A program made the translations under genes and the position numbers. Below the pieces are notes generated by a model. That model did no database searches, had not been told where the DNA came from, and worked only from the letters and a program-made list of their open reading frames with translations. From NCBI RefSeq assembly GCF_000018785.1, contig NC_010163.1:480001-512000 (forward strand): 32,000 bases of DNA, given 5' to 3'. Every line of letters starts with the position of its first letter. The stretch's first letter is position 1. Positions 26,232-32,000 of this stretch are shown one piece after another. The stretch comes from Acholeplasma laidlawii PG-8A. GTDB taxonomy: Bacteria > Bacillota_I > Bacilli_A > Acholeplasmatales > Acholeplasmataceae.

Positions 26232-27075
26232 TATGTTCTATGGTAGTGTATTAGAGGCACTCGAATACAATGCAAATACCATGATGGTATATACCGGAGC
26301 CCCACAAAATACAATTAGAAAACCAATTGAAACAATGAAAATAGAAGAGGCGCATGCACTCATGAAGGAAAAAGGTATTGATTTAAATCATGTCGTGGTG
26401 CATGCACCTTACATTATTAATTTATGTAACCCAGATCCAGAACGTCGTGCATTTGCTGTTGAGTTTCTTACAAAAGAAGTCATTCGTGTTGGACAAATGG
26501 GCATTAACCAAATGGTTTTACACCCGGGTTCAGCAGTTGGTGGTAATAGAGAAGAAGCGGTTCAATGGATTAGTGAAGGCTTAAATCAAATTATCGATAA
26601 CACTAAATCATACAACGTCAGAATTGCTTTAGAAACGATGGCTGGAAAAGGCAATGAAATTGGTAAAACCTTTGAAGAAATCAAAGCAATCATAGATGGC
26701 GTTGATGATAAATCAAGAGTATCTGTTTGTTTTGATACATGTCACGTACATGATGCAGGTTATGATGTCATTCATGATCTAGATAAAACACTCCAATTAT
26801 TTGATGATATTGTAGGATTAAACTATATTTCTGTAGTCCACGTAAACGACTCTAAAAATGAATTAGGTGCTTCCAAAGACCGTCATGAAAATATCGGTTT
26901 TGGCTATATAGGTTATGACGCTTTACTAAAAGTGATTTATCATGAAGCATTTAAAGAGATTCCTAAAATACTAGAAACTCCGTATGTAAATGATAAACCA
27001 CCATACAAATTAGAAATTCAAATGATTAAAGATAGAGTATTTGATAACGAATTAAAAACAAAGCTAGAAAAATAA
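26191..27075 (+). CDS. nfo: Endonuclease IV (AP endonuclease)
   Basis: MLILGSHVS...YTGAPQNT, HAPYIINL, LHPG, ETMAGKG, CFDTCH and HVNDSKN..KDRHENIG align from residue 1 with Nfo proteins. 41-nt overlap with the helicase gene. Confidence 0.92.
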   Translation: MLILGSHVSLKGNDMFYGSVLEALEYNANTMMVYTGAPQNTIRKPIETMKIEEAHALMKEKGIDLNHVVVHAPYIINLCNPDPERRAFAVEFLTKEVIRVGQMGINQMVLHPGSAVGGNREEAVQWISEGLNQIIDNTKSYNVRIALETMAGKGNEIGKTFEEIKAIIDGVDDKSRVSVCFDTCHVHDAGYDVIHDLDKTLQLFDDIVGLNYISVVHVNDSKNELGASKDRHENIGFGYIGYDALLKVIYHEAFKEIPKILETPYVNDKPPYKLEIQMIKDRVFDNELKTKLEK

Positions 27076-27077
27076 CA

Positions 27078-27106
27078 TTGAATTAACATTTTAATCATGT
27101 TATAAT
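27078..27106 (+). promoter_or_regulatory. Promoter of the 216-aa hypothetical gene
   Basis: TTGAAT 27078-27083, 17-nt spacer, TGtTATAAT (TATAAT at 27101-27106). Confidence 0.55.
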
Positions 27107-27138
27107 TATATTTGCGAAAACTATAAGGAGAATTTGAC

Positions 27139-27789
27139 ATGGCAAAGAAATATCGTGCTGTTGAAAGCAAAATTCATTGGTTAACTTGGGTAATTATGGC
27201 TACTTTAGTAACTGCAATGATCGTTTTATTAGTTGTACTTCAACCTGCACCTAAAGATGTATTTTATGATTCATACAGCGCCGTAGCTACAGATGTAAAT
27301 TTTGAAAAGAAATTACCAAAAGATAATAACTATATTTTAATTAATCGTTTAGAAGATGGTTTCTTAGGTATTAACAAAGGTCTATACTCAGTTACAAATA
27401 AAGTTGACCAAGTATCAATCGTGTATTTTGGTGCACCATCTTTAGAAAATGGTAGCAATCATCTAGCAAACGTATATGCAAGATTATATGGATCAGATAA
27501 AGTTGACCCAGTAATTGCACCATCAGATTTATATGTTCAATTAAAAGATCAAGTCAAACTATACCATTTTGAACATGATGGTACAGAATTTAGTAAACTA
27601 GTTGAAAGACTAAATGAAAAATATGAAGACGCAAAAATCGTTGCTTCAAATGTGCCATTTGTCTTAGTGCTACTAAATAATGAAGTTGTTGACTTTGCTG
27701 TATTAAGCGAAGAAAACATTCCACTTCAATTATTTAACTTCTATAATGATGTACTAGCAAGTGATGCTGTACAAGCAATACTCAACTAA
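27139..27789 (+). CDS. N-terminally membrane-anchored hypothetical protein, possibly a cysteine-free thioredoxin-like fold
   Basis: SD AAGGAGA. One TM helix (WLTWVIMATLVTAMIVLLVVL). IVYFGAPS...NH and NVPFVLVLLNNEVV resemble the thioredoxin beta1/CxxC position and cis-Pro/beta3 position. There is no Cys in the protein. Confidence 0.6.
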   Translation: MAKKYRAVESKIHWLTWVIMATLVTAMIVLLVVLQPAPKDVFYDSYSAVATDVNFEKKLPKDNNYILINRLEDGFLGINKGLYSVTNKVDQVSIVYFGAPSLENGSNHLANVYARLYGSDKVDPVIAPSDLYVQLKDQVKLYHFEHDGTEFSKLVERLNEKYEDAKIVASNVPFVLVLLNNEVVDFAVLSEENIPLQLFNFYNDVLASDAVQAILN

Positions 27790-27798
27790 AAAACATAA

Positions 27799-27826
27799 AA
27801 AAAATACTTCGAACGAAGTATTTTTT
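27799..27826. terminator. Bidirectional terminator between convergent genes
   Basis: AAAAAATACTT / CGAACG / AAGTATTTTTT. Confidence 0.7.
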
Positions 27827-27831
27827 ATTTA

Positions 27832-28089
27832 TTAGAGCAGTTTTTTTAATAATACGCTAATTTCCTCAATCTTTTCTTCTGAACTACCCGCATTAATTGA
27901 GTCAAGTACACAGGTGTTTAAATGATTGACCAGCAGTTCTTTTTGAGCTTTTTTTAAAAGGGCAATTGAAGCGTTAATTTGTGTAGAAATATCTAAACAA
28001 TATCTGTCATCTTCCGTCATTTTAATTACGGACTCCACTTGACCTTGAGCAGTTTTTAGTAGTTTGATTATATTTTTGTGATCATGCAT
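27832..28089 (-). CDS. csoR: CsoR/RcnR-family metal-sensing transcriptional repressor (Cu(I)-CsoR-like ligand set)
   Basis: LKTAQGQVESVIKM..DDRYCLDISTQI...LLVNHLNTCV. C31/H56/C60 have the 25 and 4 residue spacings of CsoR, and Y30 and E76 are present. The start is taken at ATG 28089 after SD GAGGT. The ORF track extends to 28128. Confidence 0.8.
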   Translation of the reverse strand: MHDHKNIIKLLKTAQGQVESVIKMTEDDRYCLDISTQINASIALLKKAQKELLVNHLNTCVLDSINAGSSEEKIEEISVLLKKLL

Positions 28090-28106
28090 GATTGTACCTC
28101 GCTTAC

Positions 28107-28127
28107 TTACCCCCTTGTTAGGGGTCA
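28107..28127 (-). promoter_or_regulatory. C4/G4 inverted repeat (TTACCCCCTTGTTAGGGGTCA), candidate CsoR operator at the csoR transcription start
   Basis: ACCCC (28109-28113) and GGGGT (28121-28125) are the only G/C-tetrad palindrome in this AT-rich intergenic region. It lies just downstream of the predicted -10. Confidence 0.5.
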
Positions 28128-28131
28128 CTTT

Positions 28132-28160
28132 ATTTTATCACAAAAATATAAAATGTCCAA
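28132..28160 (-). promoter_or_regulatory. csoR promoter
   Basis: On the minus strand: TTGGAC (plus 28155-28160), 17-nt spacer, TGaTAAAAT (plus 28132-28140). Confidence 0.5.
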
Positions 28161-28206
28161 AAAGTATGAAAAAACTAATGGAAAAAAATAATTTATCCTA
28201 AAAGTT

Positions 28207-28215
28207 TGATATAAT
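28207..28215 (+). promoter_or_regulatory. Extended -10 (TGaTATAAT) of the argS operon
   Basis: TATAAT at 28210-28215. It leaves only a very short leader before argS. Confidence 0.5.
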
Positions 28216-28237
28216 ATGATAAATGGAGATGATATGC

Positions 28238-29908
28238 ATGATAGAGCAAATTAAATTAGAGCTCAGACAATTATTATTTGATCATTTAGATATAGAAGAT
28301 GTTGTATTAGAAGTACCTAAAAGGGGCGATTCTGATTTAGCAATTCCATTATTTGGATATCAAAAACAAATGGGTAAAAAATTACCTGAAATCTTTGACT
28401 TATTTAAAGATATATTAATTCAACATCGTTTAGTAGAATCTGTAGTATTTACTGCAGGGTTTTTAAACATCTATCTAAAACGAGTGGATGTATCCAAATC
28501 TATTTTAAATTCAATACATGATGAGAAGCAATCCTTTGGTACACAACCAAATAATAATAAAACTATTGTTATCGACTATTCCTCACCTAATATTGCTAAA
28601 AGCTTTAGCGTTGGTCATTTACGTTCAACGGTTATCGGTAATAGTTTAAAATTAATTTACCAAAAATTAGGTTATAACGTTGTAGGGATTAATCACCTAG
28701 GTGATTGGGGTACACAATTTGGATCTATGATGGTTGCATACCGTATGTGGGGCGACAAAGATAAAATTAAGGCTAATCCTATTGATGAGCTTCAAGCACT
28801 TTATGTGCGTTTTCACGAGGCAGCTGAAAAAGATGAATCATTAAAACAAAAGGCTCGCGATGCTTTCTTAAAACTAGAACAAGGGGATCCAGAATACACA
28901 AAATTATGGACATATTTTAGAGAAGTATCCCTGCAAGAATTTATGACTATGTATGATATTTTAGATGTTAGTTTTGATAGTTATAATGGTGAAGCATTCT
29001 ATAATGATAAAATGGATAGAGTAGTTAAAGAATTAGAAGATAAACATTTACTCGTCGAAGATCAAGGTGCGATGGTTGTCAAATTAGAAGATGACACACC
29101 ACCTGTACTAATTAAAAGAAGTGATGGTGCAACACTATATACTACAAGAGATCTAGCAGCACTACTGTATAGAAATGATACATATCATTTTGATAAGGCA
29201 TTATATGTTGTTGGTAATGAACAAAAACTCCATTTTGAAAACTTGAAGAAAGTTGTCAAAATGATGGGTTATGATTTTAATATTGAACACATTAATTTTG
29301 GCCTTGTTTTACAAGATGGTAAAAAGATGTCTACTAGAAAAGGTAAGACAACAAAGTTAGACTATGTGTTAAATCAAGCCGTATTAAAAGCAAAACAAGC
29401 AATTGAAGAAAAGAATCCCAACTTAGAAAATAAAGATCAAGTAGCCAAAGTTGTAGGTATTGGTGCTGTTATCTTTAATGACCTTAAAAATGATAGAACT
29501 TTAAATATTGAATTTGATTTAGATGGTATGCTTAAGTTTGAAGGACAAACTGGGCCATATCTGTTATATTCTATCGTAAGAATTTTCTCTATTCTAAAAT
29601 CAAATACAATAGATATTACTCAAGTAGACTATACACTATATCAAGATGAAATCTATTATAGTTTAATTAAAGTACTTGATCAATTCCCAAGTGTTGTACA
29701 AAGAGCAGCAGAAAGTTATTCACCATCTACAGTAGCTAAATATTTATTACAATTATCACAAGAATTTAATACATTTTATGCTAAAGTAAAAATTAATGAT
29801 AGTAATGATGTTGTAAGACAAACAAATCTATTATTAGTAGAAAGTATTTTAAATATCTTAATCGAGGGTTTAAGACTTCTAGGTATGAAACATTTAGAAG
29901 CAATGTAA
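28238..29908 (+). CDS. argS: Arginine-tRNA ligase
   Basis: Class I motifs SPNIAKSFSVGHLRS (HIGH-like) and MSTRKG (KMSKS-like), plus an ArgRS N-terminal and anticodon-binding domain pattern. SD GGAGATGA favours ATG 28238. The ORF track starts at 28223. Confidence 0.92.
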   Translation: MIEQIKLELRQLLFDHLDIEDVVLEVPKRGDSDLAIPLFGYQKQMGKKLPEIFDLFKDILIQHRLVESVVFTAGFLNIYLKRVDVSKSILNSIHDEKQSFGTQPNNNKTIVIDYSSPNIAKSFSVGHLRSTVIGNSLKLIYQKLGYNVVGINHLGDWGTQFGSMMVAYRMWGDKDKIKANPIDELQALYVRFHEAAEKDESLKQKARDAFLKLEQGDPEYTKLWTYFREVSLQEFMTMYDILDVSFDSYNGEAFYNDKMDRVVKELEDKHLLVEDQGAMVVKLEDDTPPVLIKRSDGATLYTTRDLAALLYRNDTYHFDKALYVVGNEQKLHFENLKKVVKMMGYDFNIEHINFGLVLQDGKKMSTRKGKTTKLDYVLNQAVLKAKQAIEEKNPNLENKDQVAKVVGIGAVIFNDLKNDRTLNIEFDLDGMLKFEGQTGPYLLYSIVRIFSILKSNTIDITQVDYTLYQDEIYYSLIKVLDQFPSVVQRAAESYSPSTVAKYLLQLSQEFNTFYAKVKINDSNDVVRQTNLLLVESILNILIEGLRLLGMKHLEAM

Positions 29909-29909
29909 T

Positions 29910-30962
29910 ATGGAAAATAATAGTAATAATAACAACAATACAAAATCAAATAAATTATGGTTAAATGGAATCGTTGTAGTAGTTATACTGTTAACGCTTT
30001 TCACTATAGTTGGTAGTTTAAACGATTTTAATGAAATATTAAGTACAATCAAAACCATGGATAACAGGTTTTTATGGCTAGCATTAGGAGCAAGTTTTTT
30101 AAGTTTTGTCTTCTTATCGATTTCTAATCACATTGTACTTAGAGCATTAAATAAAGAGATCAGTTTAGTGGATGGTTTCTTAATTCAGTCGATTGAGACA
30201 TTTTTCAACGGTATCACGCCATTTTCAAGTGGTGCACAACCATTTCAGTTATATTATTATAGAAAAATGGGTGTACCATCTAATCAAGCAACATCCGTAC
30301 TTGCGGTAAACTTTATTATCTTTCAAACGGTATCTGTTACATTATCTACAATCGGTATAGCTATTTATTTCCAAGACATATTAAATGTCATGGGTCATAA
30401 TATCATCTATATACTTATTGGATATACGATAAATACTACGATCCTAGTTGGATTATTCTTATTAGGATATGTTCGAACTGCATATAAATTATTTGAAGCG
30501 ATTTTTACATTCTTTGAGCGATTTAATTGGACTAAAAAAACTGCGAATCGCCTAAAATCAAGAACAGAGAAGTTTGTTGGTGAGTTTCAAGGTGGTGTTA
30601 AGTTCTTATTTACAAAGAAACGTGTATTTATCTTAAGTTCACTTACCAAACTTATTTCTCTAGCTTTATTATATTCAACAACTGTAATCATTGTAAGAGC
30701 ACTTGGTCAAACAATAACCACAACGAATGCGTTTTATCTATTTTATTCGAGTATATTAGCAGTTACAACCATGATGTTTGTACCCCTACCAGGTGCAAGT
30801 GGTGGTACAGAGATTTCTTTCAGTTTACTATTAACAGGTAAAATGCCTAGTGTACAAGTTGTAACTGTCATGTTAATATGGCGTATTATTACTTATTACT
30901 TAGGTTTACTATTTGGCTTTATTGGATTCTTATTATTAAAAACTAGGAGAACTATAAAATGA
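29910..30962 (+). CDS. UPF0104 / LPG-synthase-TM (MprF flippase-domain-like) integral membrane protein
   Basis: About 8 TM helices. Family-typical loops NGITPFSSGAQPFQ and VPLPGASGGTE. Poly-Asn N-terminus. Starts 1 nt after the argS stop. Its TGA overlaps the mgs ATG. Confidence 0.75.
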   Translation: MENNSNNNNNTKSNKLWLNGIVVVVILLTLFTIVGSLNDFNEILSTIKTMDNRFLWLALGASFLSFVFLSISNHIVLRALNKEISLVDGFLIQSIETFFNGITPFSSGAQPFQLYYYRKMGVPSNQATSVLAVNFIIFQTVSVTLSTIGIAIYFQDILNVMGHNIIYILIGYTINTTILVGLFLLGYVRTAYKLFEAIFTFFERFNWTKKTANRLKSRTEKFVGEFQGGVKFLFTKKRVFILSSLTKLISLALLYSTTVIIVRALGQTITTTNAFYLFYSSILAVTTMMFVPLPGASGGTEISFSLLLTGKMPSVQVVTVMLIWRIITYYLGLLFGFIGFLLLKTRRTIK

Positions 30963-32000
30963 GAATAGGCATATTTTCAGAAGCGTATTTACCACTGATT
31001 TCAGGTGTAGTTACATCAGTAGTTAATTTAAAAGAAGGATTAGAGGCTTTAGGACATGAAGTCTATGTCATTACGCCTATTCCATCTAAAGATAAATTTG
31101 AAAATGATCCAAGTGTAATTCGTATTCCTGGGTGGGTTATACCAAGAAAATCCTTAAAGGGTTTCAGATTAGTTCCTTTTGTTAAAAGATATGTAAGAAA
31201 AATGCGTAAACTAAAGCTTGATGTTGTACATATACACACAGAGTTTTCTATGGGTAAACTAGGTTTAGCAGTTGCCAAAAAAGAACGTATTCCAAGTGTA
31301 TATACATTACATACAAGTTATCAAGACTATACACACTATGTTTCAAAACTTCTTACTAGATTTGCACCAAATGCAGCTAAAAAATTAGCGGGTAAAATAA
31401 ATAATCAATATACTAAAAATTGTCATATGACAATCGTTCCAACTAAGAAAATTTATGATAAAATGATTAGGTTGAAACATGATGGTGAGTTTACAATTAT
31501 CCCTTCAGGTATCAATTTAAAACCTTTTTATAAGTCAAGTTACACATCTGAACAGGTACAAGCACTTAAAGATAAATTAGGTATTAGAAATGATGAATTT
31601 GTAGCAATCCTAGTAGCAAGAATTGCTAAAGAAAAATCAATTGGTGATTTGGTTGAAGCCTTTGTAGAGTTCTATAAATCTTATCCTAACTCTAGATTCA
31701 TCATCATTGGTGATGGTCCAGATAAACCAGTCCTAGATAAACTGATTGATTCTAAAAAAGCATCTAAGTATATTAATACTTTAGGATTTGTCAAAAATGC
31801 AGAAGTAGGTCTTTATTATCAAATTGCAGATGTATTCTTAAATGCATCTACAACTGAAACACAAGGACTAACCTATGTTGAGGCACTTGCAGCTTCCCTT
31901 CCTATTATTGTAAGATATGATGATGTATTTGATGCCTTTGTTGAAGATGGTAAAAATGGTATCTTCTTTAATAAGAATGAAGAACTAGTTAAACATCTCA
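30959..32000 (+). CDS. mgs: 1,2-diacylglycerol 3-alpha-glucosyltransferase (monoglucosyl-DAG synthase, GT4); 3' end lies beyond the window
   Basis: Not in the ORF track because no stop falls inside the window. My translation is MRIGIFSEAYLPLISGVVTSVVNLKEGLEALGHEVYVITP...TETQGLTYVEA (EX7E). It matches my recollection of A. laidlawii alMGS. SD AGGAGA at 30944-30949. ATGA overlap with the upstream gene. Confidence 0.85.
   Translation, partial: MRIGIFSEAYLPLISGVVTSVVNLKEGLEALGHEVYVITPIPSKDKFENDPSVIRIPGWVIPRKSLKGFRLVPFVKRYVRKMRKLKLDVVHIHTEFSMGKLGLAVAKKERIPSVYTLHTSYQDYTHYVSKLLTRFAPNAAKKLAGKINNQYTKNCHMTIVPTKKIYDKMIRLKHDGEFTIIPSGINLKPFYKSSYTSEQVQALKDKLGIRNDEFVAILVARIAKEKSIGDLVEAFVEFYKSYPNSRFIIIGDGPDKPVLDKLIDSKKASKYINTLGFVKNAEVGLYYQIADVFLNASTTETQGLTYVEALAASLPIIVRYDDVFDAFVEDGKNGIFFNKNEELVKHL

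Noticed and set aside
28129-28237. T-box or other riboswitch leader upstream of argS
   Set aside because: The extended -10 at 28207-28215 leaves a leader of only about 15-25 nt, far too short for a T-box. No specifier or T-box consensus is visible.
29916-29939. Asn run (NNSNNNNN) at the N-terminus of the UPF0104 protein
   Set aside because: This is low-complexity AAT/AAC codon repetition typical of AT-rich genomes. It is not a nucleotide-level tandem repeat of note.
1975-31278. Minus-strand ORFs of 60-107 aa nested in plus-strand genes (1975-2163, 2601-2813, 2979-3257, 3336-3548, 5277-5576, 7326-7508, 9985-10308, 13789-14019, 17010-17219, 17377-17595, 19457-19675, 21212-21424, 24506-24742, 31063-31278)
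   Set aside because: Each lies inside, or spans terminators and promoters of, a well-supported plus-strand gene. None has an SD or recognisable motifs. Such antisense ORFs are expected by chance in AT-rich coding DNA.
1-32000. CRISPR arrays, tRNA or rRNA genes, IS elements, integrases, prophage or defence-island genes
   Set aside because: I looked for regularly spaced direct repeats, G/C-rich structured RNA islands in the intergenic regions, and transposase, recombinase or nuclease-NTPase type ORFs. None was found. Every intergenic gap over 100 nt is accounted for by promoter, leader or terminator signals.

Overview
This is an AT-rich, tightly packed core-genome segment, almost entirely on the plus strand. 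It looks like an Acholeplasma-type mollicute. TGA is a stop codon at several gene ends (accC, fabZ, xseB, dinB, the UPF0104 gene), so the code is 11, not 4. The last ORF is cut by the window edge and matches what I remember of the A. laidlawii glucolipid synthase alMGS. Gene order: (1) the C-terminal part of a large acidic repeat protein, then a small polytopic membrane protein. (2) A roughly 8.9 kb translationally coupled fatty-acid operon, accB-accC-accD-accA-fabH-fabD-fabG-fabF-fabZ, ending in one ORF that fuses a biotin-protein-ligase core to a BioY biotin transporter. (3) A TrxR-like ferredoxin-NADP reductase. (4) A PadR regulator, a DUF1700-type multi-TM repeat membrane protein and a 62-65 aa ORF. 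(5) potABCD. (6) nusB-xseA-xseB-tlyA-recN. (7) A 59-aa minus-strand membrane-protein gene that is missing from the ORF track, divergent from dinB. (8) A cshB-like DEAD-box helicase and nfo. (9) A membrane-anchored hypothetical protein convergent with a minus-strand csoR-family repressor. (10) argS, a UPF0104 (MprF-flippase-like) membrane protein and mgs. I saw no rRNA, tRNA, CRISPR, transposase, integrase or phage genes, and nothing that resembles a defence island. Most of the window is ordinary housekeeping. The items most worth follow-up are the BirA-BioY in-frame fusion that depends on a T5 run, the PadR/DUF1700 six-hairpin membrane module, the hidden small gene, the orphan CsoR with a C4/G4 operator at its own promoter, FabT-like palindromes bracketing the fab promoter with no fabT nearby, and the argS-UPF0104-mgs coupling. 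All calls come from reading motifs by eye; no searches were run.
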